From a virus (lineage: Duplodnaviria; Heunggongvirae; Uroviricota; Caudoviricetes), in IMG/VR virus record IMGVR_UViG_3300044825_003843, positions 1 to 64,000 of that record: a stretch of DNA of 64,000 bases, one strand, 5' to 3'. Each line of letters starts with the position of its first letter. The first letter of the stretch is position 1. The translations under genes were made by a program, and so were the position numbers. This document shows positions 55,673 through 64,000 of the stretch, one piece after another. The notes under the pieces were generated by a model. It worked only from the letters and a program-made list of their open reading frames with translations, was not told where the DNA came from and searched no databases.

Positions 55673-55675
55673 TTT

Positions 55676-56203
55676 TTATTTTTTTGAATATTCTGACAAA
55701 ACGTCTTTTTCATAACTGGTTAGTGAATCAATACCTTTATCTTTTATCTTGTCTAATATTGAATCTAATGATGGTTTTTTATCATTCTTGATTAACTCCA
55801 AAAGTGATGCCAAATTTTCATATTCAGACTCATCTTCTTCTTCGAATTGAGCTCGAGTAGTGTTTTGACTCAATCTGATTTCAGAAGAATTATCAGACTC
55901 TAAATCCATTAAATGTTCATATGTTACTTGTGGAAAAGAAACTGACACCTTGTCATTCATTTCTGTCAAAATAAATGACATACCCACTCCATCACTTTCA
56001 ATACATGATTTAATATAATAATTGATTTCCTCCATGGGTACCTCTGTTCCAAAGTGGAAAACCGATGCACCCTTACTGAATTGAAACTTAATCTGTGGTG
56101 TATCCACAAGTGGTGTTAGAGAAATTGCAAAATTTTTCAAATAATTAATGCTCTCAGAATCCTGTAAATAATCACCAAATACTACTAATAAAAATTTTTT
56201 CAT
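55676..56203 (-). CDS. hypothetical acidic protein immediately downstream of sigma factor
   Basis: 175-aa ORF, 3-nt spacing to sigma gene. Confidence 0.4.
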   Translation of the reverse strand: MKKFLLVVFGDYLQDSESINYLKNFAISLTPLVDTPQIKFQFSKGASVFHFGTEVPMEEINYYIKSCIESDGVGMSFILTEMNDKVSVSFPQVTYEHLMDLESDNSSEIRLSQNTTRAQFEEEDESEYENLASLLELIKNDKKPSLDSILDKIKDKGIDSLTSYEKDVLSEYSKK

Positions 56204-56223
56204 AATCTATAACACAAATTTAA

Positions 56224-56868
56224 TTAAACTCTTTTAGAATGCGAAATAACTTGATAAAAATCTTTTTTCCCTTCACAATAACTTTTGACTAAAATTAACA
56301 AATCCTTGAACATAAATGCCTTTGGATTTTGTTTTTCGCACTTGATAAATAACTCTATCATTATACATAAAAATTCAATACTATATTCTCCCAACATACC
56401 TAAGGTAGAATACTTAGAATCGAATTTTTGCAAATATCTAATCTGATAATTGTTCCTTTCTTCCACAGAACTGAATGGGTTAATTATATCGTAGTGTTCT
56501 AACCAATCATTGACAAAATTCAAAACCTGAGGTTTGGCGTTCTCACTTTTTATCAATAAATCAACAACCCAATGTGTGTGTGATGGAGCTCTTAGTCTTT
56601 TATTTGGTGAAAGATATTTTACAACAAAATCTAATTCGGGGTTTGACCCTCTATTCCCTTGATATATTGCGACGAAAGTACCATCTCTCAATTCCCAATA
56701 TTTTAAGGGGAGATGTTCTGCTCCCGTTTTTTTAAATTGCAACTTCTTCATATAGATAAACTCTACCTTTTTGTCCTGAATGTTGTTCGTACCATTTTTC
56801 ATTCTCATCCATCCAAACATATGGTGAGGATGGGTCGACGTTCCATTTATACCTACTGTAAAACTCAA
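56224..56868 (-). CDS. hypothetical protein
   Basis: 214-aa ORF; likely true start at a downstream Met to limit overlap. Confidence 0.4.
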   Translation of the reverse strand: MSFTVGINGTSTHPHHMFGWMRMKNGTNNIQDKKVEFIYMKKLQFKKTGAEHLPLKYWELRDGTFVAIYQGNRGSNPELDFVVKYLSPNKRLRAPSHTHWVVDLLIKSENAKPQVLNFVNDWLEHYDIINPFSSVEERNNYQIRYLQKFDSKYSTLGMLGEYSIEFLCIMIELFIKCEKQNPKAFMFKDLLILVKSYCEGKKDFYQVISHSKRV

Positions 56869-57223
56869 AGTCTTTCTTCAACAAGTTTGCTTTATGTGAA
56901 TCGTGAAATTTAGTTTCACCCCACCATTTTGGATAATAAATTGCTTCATTTACGTCTTCACGTACCATAGTATTTTTGAATCCTCTTTTAATCCATTCCT
57001 CGAGCGATAAGTTGTAATAAACTTTGAGAAGTGGAACATATTTTCTCCACATTACAGAACAAGGATGATTTAACCATCCCTTGTATGGGGTTCCATCTAA
57101 TTTTGGTCTACCTGTAATTGCAGACAAGATTTGATATGTTTCGACTCTCTGTTTACCTAATCGTTTGTTATCAAGAACTTCTAATGATTTTATTAAGTCG
57201 GGGTAGGGTAAAAATGTTTGCAT
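56732..57223 (-). CDS. putative pyrimidine-dimer DNA glycosylase (DenV/Pdg-like)
   Basis: LPYPDLIKSLEVLDNKRLGKQRVETYQIL...GWLNHPCSVMW...LEEWIKRGFKN parallels WSLHPKYLD.KGLVALWREALLAQ..L...GY..HPQ and T4 endoV ECLKRGFNIK. Confidence 0.45.
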   Translation of the reverse strand: MQTFLPYPDLIKSLEVLDNKRLGKQRVETYQILSAITGRPKLDGTPYKGWLNHPCSVMWRKYVPLLKVYYNLSLEEWIKRGFKNTMVREDVNEAIYYPKWWGETKFHDSHKANLLKKDFEFYSRYKWNVDPSSPYVWMDENEKWYEQHSGQKGRVYLYEEVAI

Positions 57224-57691
57224 TTAATTTAGTATTAATTCTGATAAACCTTTAACTTCAATATCAAATTTAAGATAAATCTCATAGTTCAAATATGATG
57301 AGTTATTTCTTGCAAAGATACTAACTTTCTGATGTTCTTCCTTCGTTAATTTTACAGTTGAGCAGTATTTTTTTAGACAAAAAATGAATTCTTCTTGAGA
57401 CATATTTTCATTCCTATCTAATTCAGAAAAAATAAATTTCATCGCAAAACTTCTTTGAATGTAATGGTCATCGACTAATTCTGCAACAGGAATTTTTTTT
57501 CCTTCTTCTGAAACTAATTTAGTTTTAAAATATACCGCTTGAGAAATATCCCAAACAGGATTTCTGTTTCTAACGAAGAAACTCCTACTTTTGACTTCAT
57601 CGTTTTTGATTTTTCTATATCTTGGTAATAATGCTTTAAAATCTTCTAACGTTTCAGATATTTTATCCAACTGATTATTATTCATTCTCAT
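57224..57691 (-). CDS. hypothetical protein
   Basis: 155-aa ORF. Confidence 0.4.
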   Translation of the reverse strand: MRMNNNQLDKISETLEDFKALLPRYRKIKNDEVKSRSFFVRNRNPVWDISQAVYFKTKLVSEEGKKIPVAELVDDHYIQRSFAMKFIFSELDRNENMSQEEFIFCLKKYCSTVKLTKEEHQKVSIFARNNSSYLNYEIYLKFDIEVKGLSELILN

Positions 57692-57727
57692 GGAGAAAAG
57701 TTTATATATTCGAAGATATGGAAAATT

Positions 57728-58660
57728 TTAATAAGTTGAGTATTTTTTTTCGAATTCGTTAAGAAAATCAATTTTTTCCTGATAACCTAAGAATAAAGGT
57801 GCAAAGTCTATTGGAATTTCACCTGGTCCTGTTCTTTCATGAATCATTTTGGAAAGTACATGGTCCCTTACTTTATAGAACATATCGTCTCTTCTTGCAA
57901 TAACATAATCACCATTCTCAACGGTATTTGAAGCTCTTTTCTGAATACCGAATGATGTTCCATCTCTAACCCACATATCACTAGCAGAAGTAAACCAATA
58001 GGATAATTCATCATTTTGGTGCCCCCATAAAAAATCGTAATGTATTTTTAAATCTTCACCAACTATAACTTCAGGGTCGTATCTATAACTTTCAGCAACT
58101 TTTCTTGAGAAAAGAACTAACCTTGCATAGTTTGGGTTACTTATACCATCAACTAGCGGGTCTTTACCAAAAAACATATTACCTCTGTAATCAATGTAAT
58201 TTGCCCCCCAAAGACTGCCGAAATTACCTGATGCGAGTTGAGCATCGTTTCCATTTTTTCTTGGAAAAATTGAATCGCAAGGACATGTTGCCATCGCATC
58301 CGTGTTCGGATATTTTTTCAAATGTCTTTCTACTTGTTGTAAAAAGGTTGGATAAAAGAAATCATCTCCATCTAATTGTGTTAGATGTGTAAAGTCTTTA
58401 GTCATGAAATATTCGAATACAGTATTCTTACCTGTTGAAGGCGTGCCATCTGACTTGGTGACCACATAGGGTATATGGTTATTTTCACAATATTTTGCCA
58501 TTTGACTCACAAAACTACTATCTACACTATTGATTACCAAATGAACTTCATACTTTATAGAATAGTTTCTTTGGTTTAATGCTGTTTGTATACATCTAAT
58601 TGCTCTTGAGACATCCGAAGATACCAGAGGACAAATCATTAATTTTATTTCTTTACACAT
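57728..58660 (-). CDS. putative glycosyltransferase (GT-A-like)
   Basis: ICPLVSSD...EVHLVINSVD and LDGDDFFYP (DxD). Confidence 0.35.
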   Translation of the reverse strand: MCKEIKLMICPLVSSDVSRAIRCIQTALNQRNYSIKYEVHLVINSVDSSFVSQMAKYCENNHIPYVVTKSDGTPSTGKNTVFEYFMTKDFTHLTQLDGDDFFYPTFLQQVERHLKKYPNTDAMATCPCDSIFPRKNGNDAQLASGNFGSLWGANYIDYRGNMFFGKDPLVDGISNPNYARLVLFSRKVAESYRYDPEVIVGEDLKIHYDFLWGHQNDELSYWFTSASDMWVRDGTSFGIQKRASNTVENGDYVIARRDDMFYKVRDHVLSKMIHERTGPGEIPIDFAPLFLGYQEKIDFLNEFEKKYSTY

Positions 58661-61035
58661 TATTGACTTACTTTTGAAATGTTATCGCTTTTTGTTATTC
58701 TAACGACGTTATTAGCCCAATTATTGACTAATGGGTTATGAGTTATGACAAATATTTTTTCAAAATAATCCCTCATTTTAGTAAAAAATTCTCCCACCAT
58801 TTCTAAGTTTTCATTACTTATTTTACCGAAAACTTCATCCCAAACTATAATATTTGGTTTAGGTAGAGAACAGACTTTAGAAAGAACTGCCCTCAAAGCC
58901 ATAGCCGCAATACTTCTTTCGTATCCCGAACCTGAGGTTATTAATTTCTCAATACCGGTATTATTATCAATCATAATAAATTCTACCTCATTTTTTTCAT
59001 TGATTCTAATCTCCAAATTGAAGTATGCAGAATCCATCATCAACCTTTGAAGTTCTTGATTTATCAACGGCATCATGGTTTTCATTATATTTTTTGATAT
59101 TCCATTTTTACCGAAGACATCCAAGTATATTTTATAAACTTTCTCTCTTTCAAATTCCTCGACAATTTTAGTAATATTTTCATGATTTTTACTAATTCTG
59201 TCTTGGTAATTTTTGATACTAATTTGGTTGGAGGTAATTATTCTCTCATATCCTCTCTTCTCATTAATCAACTCATCAATTCTCATATTAGCCTTGATTA
59301 GTTGCCCATCTATTTCTTTATTCTTTTTAATCTTATCCTGAACTTCAAGGAACCTCCTTTTCTTATCTTTGAGTTGGTCTAACTTGATAGTAATAGATTC
59401 CAAGGTAATCTCAAACTTTTCTTTGATAAGTTTATTTTTTTCATACTCATCAAAGTCCTTCTTGAGCTGTATATATGATTTTTCCTTGTAATCTAAATCT
59501 TTCAGTTGTTTAGATAAGTTATCTACTTTTTTCTCCCAATCACCCAATTCATCAATCTTTTGTTTGGTCAAAGCCGCTTCCATCAGTTTTATACCACAAT
59601 GTTCACACTGTACCCCATTACCAAACTTTTTTATCAGTTGTTCAATATCCTCCACCTTATTCTGAGCAAGAATCAAATCATTATTTACTTTCTTGAATGA
59701 CTCCTTTATCTCATCGTGTTTATCTTCATGATAAAACTCTTTAGGTTCTACAATTTTTACCTCACTAATTTTTCTATTGGTATCAATTTTTCTTGCTTCA
59801 AAATCATTTATTTCAGAGTCCAAAACTACAGGATTCAAAACAACTAGCTCTTGTTCCAAATCATTGAATTTAGACTTTAGAAGGTTTTCTTTATAGTCTT
59901 GTCCCTTCTTTAGTCTACTATCAACGTCGTCGATGTTTTTATTGGAGCCTTCTATTTCAGACTGTAAACCTTCAATGTCTTTTGTGAGAGACTCTATTTC
60001 CTGTTTCAATGATTCCCTGTCATACAAGTTGGAAATCATACCTTTAGAGAAATTCGAATATAATTCTTTTCCTATTTCTTCTTTCTTTTTCAAAAATTCC
60101 AATCCGAGAAATCTTGATAAAACTTGTCCTCTTGCGGTTGGCTTTGATTCCAAGAGTTCTTCCAAATTAGAAGCTGTTGTCAGAATTGTCATCAAGAAGT
60201 CGTCCATAGTCCCGATTGACTTTTTGATAAAGTCTTCGGTTTCTCTTCTTTGTTCTCCGGTAAAATTCTGAAGTTGACCATCAGCTAGTTTTTTGAAAAA
60301 GTCCAATTCAGTTTTAACAGTCCAATCACCGTTTTTACTTTTTTTCCTTTCAATTTGTCGGACTAAAATATAGTCTTCTCCATCGATTTGAATCTCACCT
60401 CTAACTGAAACTTTATTCTTATCAGTAAACCTGTTGAATATTTCTTCGGCTTTGCTTGTCTTTGTTGTCGTATTAAAGAACAAAAAGATTAGTAAGTCTA
60501 CAGTTAAAACTGTTTTACCTCCGAAGTTTGGAGGGTTAGATTCGACAACAGTAATTCCATTACATTTATCAAAATCTAATACTTGATTTTCTCCGTAAGA
60601 AAGGAAGTTAGAAAATTCAATCTTCTTTATATACCACCTTTTGAAAGCAGTAACACTTGTGTCTTCGCTAATTATTTTATTTTCAACTGCCAAGTCAATA
60701 TTCATCACATCTTCGAAAGATTGGTCTAATCCTTTCGATAAAAGATAACTTCTAATCAACTCTCTTTGATAATTTTTATCTAAGATATTGAAAGATACAT
60801 CAACAGTTTGTTGGTTCTCCTCTGTAGATTTTACTTTGGTGATAACATTAACGTTAGTTGTAATATACTTTTTTTGAAAGTATTGTTTAACTGACTTCAA
60901 TCTTTCCTGTGTGAAGTTCTCGGGTGTATCTTCCCAAATTACTTGCACATAAGGATTGTCTAAACTCTCAATATCAATTTTTTTTGACATAGTGTTATAG
61001 TTAAATTCTGGAGTTGGATTGAATAAATCCCACAT
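58660..61035 (-). CDS. SbcC/Rad50-like recombination ATPase (T4 gp46-like)
   Basis: N-terminal P-loop region NFGGKT, long coiled coil with CxxC zinc hook (CEHCG), C-terminal signature SGSGYERS, Walker B IIVWDEV, H-loop ITHN. Confidence 0.75.
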   Translation of the reverse strand: MWDLFNPTPEFNYNTMSKKIDIESLDNPYVQVIWEDTPENFTQERLKSVKQYFQKKYITTNVNVITKVKSTEENQQTVDVSFNILDKNYQRELIRSYLLSKGLDQSFEDVMNIDLAVENKIISEDTSVTAFKRWYIKKIEFSNFLSYGENQVLDFDKCNGITVVESNPPNFGGKTVLTVDLLIFLFFNTTTKTSKAEEIFNRFTDKNKVSVRGEIQIDGEDYILVRQIERKKSKNGDWTVKTELDFFKKLADGQLQNFTGEQRRETEDFIKKSIGTMDDFLMTILTTASNLEELLESKPTARGQVLSRFLGLEFLKKKEEIGKELYSNFSKGMISNLYDRESLKQEIESLTKDIEGLQSEIEGSNKNIDDVDSRLKKGQDYKENLLKSKFNDLEQELVVLNPVVLDSEINDFEARKIDTNRKISEVKIVEPKEFYHEDKHDEIKESFKKVNNDLILAQNKVEDIEQLIKKFGNGVQCEHCGIKLMEAALTKQKIDELGDWEKKVDNLSKQLKDLDYKEKSYIQLKKDFDEYEKNKLIKEKFEITLESITIKLDQLKDKKRRFLEVQDKIKKNKEIDGQLIKANMRIDELINEKRGYERIITSNQISIKNYQDRISKNHENITKIVEEFEREKVYKIYLDVFGKNGISKNIMKTMMPLINQELQRLMMDSAYFNLEIRINEKNEVEFIMIDNNTGIEKLITSGSGYERSIAAMALRAVLSKVCSLPKPNIIVWDEVFGKISNENLEMVGEFFTKMRDYFEKIFVITHNPLVNNWANNVVRITKSDNISKVSQ

Positions 61036-61225
61036 ATTTTTTACTCGAATGATTCAGTTGCACCTGATTCAGTCATTTTTTTAATTTCTTCGAGCTGTTT
61101 TTTCATAGACTCGTTGAATAGTTTTTGCATTGCAGATTGAGCTGCTCCAATTTTCTGATTTCTTGATTGTACTTTTTGTCTGTGGGCTTTAGCTCCACCT
61201 CTAACTTTTGATTTTGCCATATTTT

Positions 61226-61576
61226 TTAATTTTTGTTTGGTCTATTTTCTTCGAACCACTCCACTATTGAATTAATTGCCCATGTTCCTCCTGATGCTAA
61301 CATACCATCAAAGAACCATGAAACAAAATTATTCACCCCGAGAAGTTCATGAACAGGTGAATATAAGAAAATTCCGAAAAAGAATCCAACCCAAGTTGGC
61401 GCACACATCATGCATTTCAACATATCGGAAAGAAAGACCCAAAACCCATGTAACGGAGCAAACTCATTTGCCGCCCATTTATTTATTTGATTCCTTGGTC
61501 CATTAAAAATACTTCCGTAAACTAATATGTTACTCATTCCATAAGATAACAATATCCATAAAATTAACTGTGTCAT
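61226..61576 (-). CDS. membrane protein
   Basis: 116 aa with three to four hydrophobic helices. Confidence 0.4.
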   Translation of the reverse strand: MTQLILWILLSYGMSNILVYGSIFNGPRNQINKWAANEFAPLHGFWVFLSDMLKCMMCAPTWVGFFFGIFLYSPVHELLGVNNFVSWFFDGMLASGGTWAINSIVEWFEENRPNKN

Positions 61577-61582
61577 ACTTTT

Positions 61583-62233
61583 TTATTTATATAATGTATC
61601 ATTCAGGTTTGACCCTCTCAAGAAAGCCGCACCCGCATTTTGTTTATAATTCTCAAAATTAGTGATTATTTTTTCTAATTCCTCAATTTTTTTATTTTTT
61701 TCTCCCAAATCGTGTTTCAGTTTTTGTAAGGTCTGAGTCAACATTTCTGTTTTACTGTTATCTTGGACAACAACTTCTTTTGTAATTTCTTTAATTACTT
61801 CTTTTTCAACCACCTGTGGTTCTCTATTCTCTAATTCTTTAATTTTATCCAACAGAATTTCAATCTCTGAGTTGTCGTAAACATTTACTATTTTTTCGAC
61901 AATTTTTTCTACAGGAACCTCTCTAATTACCTCTCTATCAACATATTCCACAACTCTAACTTCCGTGGGAGGTGTTGGGACTTCCTTGATAATTTCTACG
62001 GTCACTTCCTTAATCACTTCGACCTCTTTTACAACCTCTACGGGTCTATCAACATACTTGATAACTTCTTTTTCAGTTATGGTCCCACCTGAAGACAACA
62101 ACCCATACTTCTCAATCCTAAAACCTTGTAAATAAGAACTCTTGAGAACTTCATCCTCAACCAACCCATTCAAATCACAATAGGATTTCAGGTCTTTGTA
62201 TTCTTTAGTTGAAAGTGATATTGTTTTCTCCAC
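61583..62233 (-). CDS. hypothetical protein with VEVIKEV-type short repeats
   Basis: 216 aa, repeated (K/R)EV(I/P)(K/V)E motifs. Confidence 0.4.
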   Translation of the reverse strand: MEKTISLSTKEYKDLKSYCDLNGLVEDEVLKSSYLQGFRIEKYGLLSSGGTITEKEVIKYVDRPVEVVKEVEVIKEVTVEIIKEVPTPPTEVRVVEYVDREVIREVPVEKIVEKIVNVYDNSEIEILLDKIKELENREPQVVEKEVIKEITKEVVVQDNSKTEMLTQTLQKLKHDLGEKNKKIEELEKIITNFENYKQNAGAAFLRGSNLNDTLYK

Positions 62234-62241
62234 TTTGATTT

Positions 62242-63021
62242 TTAATAGTTTACCAGTTTTTCAGTTCCTTCTGTCAAAGACTCAAAAGAGTTGATATAAA
62301 AAGAAAGGAATGGTTTAGGATTTGGTAAATCAACAAATGTGTATTCATCAGTTTCTACATCATATACCCCATATCCATGATTTCTTACTGTCTCACCAAA
62401 GTTTTGTTGGATGGTTGACCCAACCATGTAAGCCTTCTTTTTGCCAGGTATATCGAAAACTTGTCTTTTATGGATATCACCACACAAAACTATATCGCAT
62501 CCTTTGAACTTATCTTTATCATACCCTTCCTCAAACTTATATCCAATATCAGTTGTGAGACCTTGTATAGGACCATGAAAAAGACCTATATTCTTTTTAC
62601 TACTTTTTGATATGTCGGGAGGTAGATTATGTTCAACCAATGAGTAAACACACCAATTTATATTTTGGTCTTCGTACACTCCTCGATTTTTGAGATAAAC
62701 AATATTTTCATCTTGGAGTGAATCTACGATAGGTGTGAGAGCATCTAGTCTTGAACTATTATTCTCCAAGAAGTCGTGATTACCGATTACAATGATAGTT
62801 TTAGCAATTTTAGAACATTCTGTGAGAACCCATGCAACAAACTCAACGAGTTCAGGTGTCATCTGATTCTTTGAATGTACCAAGTCACCGGTAAAAACAA
62901 TTCTATCAGGAGCAATGGAACCCCACTCACTGAACATTTGCTTCAGTATCTTTTTGTAGAGTTCGTGGTCTTTAAATAATCTGATATGTAGGTCCGAAAA
63001 ATGAACTAATCTTTTTATCAT
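62242..63021 (-). CDS. SbcD/Mre11-like nuclease (T4 gp47-like metallophosphoesterase)
   Basis: FSDLHIR (DxH), FTGDLVH (GDxxH), VIGNHDF (GNHD), LFHGPIQG, CGDIHKRQ. Confidence 0.75.
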   Translation of the reverse strand: MIKRLVHFSDLHIRLFKDHELYKKILKQMFSEWGSIAPDRIVFTGDLVHSKNQMTPELVEFVAWVLTECSKIAKTIIVIGNHDFLENNSSRLDALTPIVDSLQDENIVYLKNRGVYEDQNINWCVYSLVEHNLPPDISKSSKKNIGLFHGPIQGLTTDIGYKFEEGYDKDKFKGCDIVLCGDIHKRQVFDIPGKKKAYMVGSTIQQNFGETVRNHGYGVYDVETDEYTFVDLPNPKPFLSFYINSFESLTEGTEKLVNY

Positions 63022-63042
63022 ATTATAGTATAATATAGTAAA

Positions 63043-63891
63043 TTATTTTTTGAAATTCAAATATTTGTTCACATCCATATCCATCACTATATTAATGATG
63101 TCTTTAGGAACACGATATTCCTCAAAGGTTGCATCCTCTTTGAGATGTGTTATGATACAACCGTAAAGTTTGATGTTTTCGAATTTACTGCCTTCAAGCA
63201 TTTTAAGTAATAACTTACCGTATAAAGGTAACTGAACATAGTAGTGTCCAAGTGCAGTATTTGGATAGTTTTCAAATGGACTATACATTCTTTCAGTAAA
63301 ATCATTCTCAACAAAATTCTTAGGTTTATTGGTCTTCCAATCTGTAATCATCAGACCATATTCTGAATTTGTTTTGTTGTGTATCAACCAAACTTTATCG
63401 GGCTGACCGGTATACCCAAGTTCAGGATGTCCTAAGACCATTTCTGTATCCAATAGAACAGAACCTCTTTTTTTCATCAAATCAAGGTATACTCTGCCAG
63501 CACCAATCATCTTATCACTTTTCATAAGTTGGGTCAAGTCACACTCAAATATTGGTTGTCTAACGTCCTTGAAAGAACCGTACATGTCAACCAAAGCTTT
63601 TTCCAAAACGAAATGGACTCTACTTCCTAAGTTCGTAGAATATTCACCAGCCTTTGACCACTCTTCGAGTAGTTCTTGTTGTCTCTGTGGGTCACCTTTG
63701 GCTTTGTTAAAAGCTGCTTCTTCAGTTGGGAATTGTTTATAAAACATTTTCAAAACTTTAGAAACTGAAGGATAATCTGTCCTTCCATTCATTGTATAGA
63801 TATGGTCTTCCTCTTTGAAGGTAAGACCTAATTCTTTTTGTTTTTGGGAAACGATTTCACGTATTTCTTTGGAGATAGATTGTAAGTCCAT
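63043..63891 (-). CDS. putative PD-(D/E)xK exonuclease (YqaJ/lambda-exonuclease-like)
   Basis: HIYTMNG...YPSVSKVL, GLMITDWKTNK (D-x-K), YVQLPLYG (QxxxY). Confidence 0.4.
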   Translation of the reverse strand: MDLQSISKEIREIVSQKQKELGLTFKEEDHIYTMNGRTDYPSVSKVLKMFYKQFPTEEAAFNKAKGDPQRQQELLEEWSKAGEYSTNLGSRVHFVLEKALVDMYGSFKDVRQPIFECDLTQLMKSDKMIGAGRVYLDLMKKRGSVLLDTEMVLGHPELGYTGQPDKVWLIHNKTNSEYGLMITDWKTNKPKNFVENDFTERMYSPFENYPNTALGHYYVQLPLYGKLLLKMLEGSKFENIKLYGCIITHLKEDATFEEYRVPKDIINIVMDMDVNKYLNFKK

Positions 63892-64000
63892 GTTTTATTT
63901 TTGAAATTTTGGAGTGAGATATTGAATTAGGTATTTTGCGTAATCTGTCAACAAATCATGACCTTCGAATTTAAATACCTCTGTTTTGTTTTGGAGTGCG

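Noticed and set aside
56224-56868. 137-nt overlap between 56224..56868 and the DenV-like gene, read as a programmed frameshift or fusion
   Set aside because: It is more simply explained by the downstream gene starting at an internal Met (around MKKLQFKK), which reduces the overlap to about 20 nt. No slippery heptamer was seen.
1-64000. Giant-virus (Mimiviridae-like) origin, suggested by the collagen-like repeats and the glycosylation genes
   Set aside because: A bacterial sigma-70 factor, initiator-type tRNA-fMet features, rho-independent terminators, Bacteroidetes promoter elements, a T7-lysozyme-like amidase, S74 chaperone domains and SbcCD all point to a bacteriophage.

Overview
This window is AT-rich and densely packed with genes, almost all of them on the minus strand. 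It reads as part of a large tailed bacteriophage or prophage, not a cellular chromosome. Viral hallmarks: three tandem collagen-like tail-fibre genes, each ending in an SDxRxK self-cleaving chaperone domain (peptidase S74 type); a recombination nuclease pair like SbcC and SbcD (T4 gp46 and gp47); a T7-lysozyme-like amidase; a DUF3310 protein; a PcfJ-like protein; and three DNA methyltransferases. The host is probably a Bacteroidetes (Flavobacteriia-like) bacterium. That rests on a sigma-70 family factor, promoter elements matching the Bacteroidetes TAnnTTTG consensus, Bacteroidetes-style secretion signals, and a Bacteroidetes-type histone H1-like protein. Auxiliary genes include a UmuD-like protein, a UDP-galactopyranose mutase with glycosyltransferases and a CmcI-like O-methyltransferase, and pterin-4a-carbinolamine dehydratase. 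There are also a Nudix hydrolase and an archaeal-type NMN adenylyltransferase next to an APS-kinase-like kinase, which looks like an NAD-salvage counter-defence module. Others are a PduO-type cobalamin adenosyltransferase, a GAMT-like methyltransferase, thioredoxin and glutaredoxin, DnaJ, a T4 DenV-like glycosylase and an SPFH protein. The most interesting features are: (a) a GC-elevated stretch of about 1 kb with no ORFs, next to an initiator-like tRNA-Met, that may encode a large structured RNA; (b) three tightly coupled tandem genes that share an identical N-terminal leader of about 18 residues; (c) an overlapping methyltransferase plus PvuII-like endonuclease gene pair; (d) two paralogous proteins carrying 10 to 14 tandem DnaJ-type CxxCxGxG zinc-finger repeats; and (e) the NMNAT and APS-kinase-like gene pair. 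All calls come from reading the sequence and motifs by eye. No database search was run.
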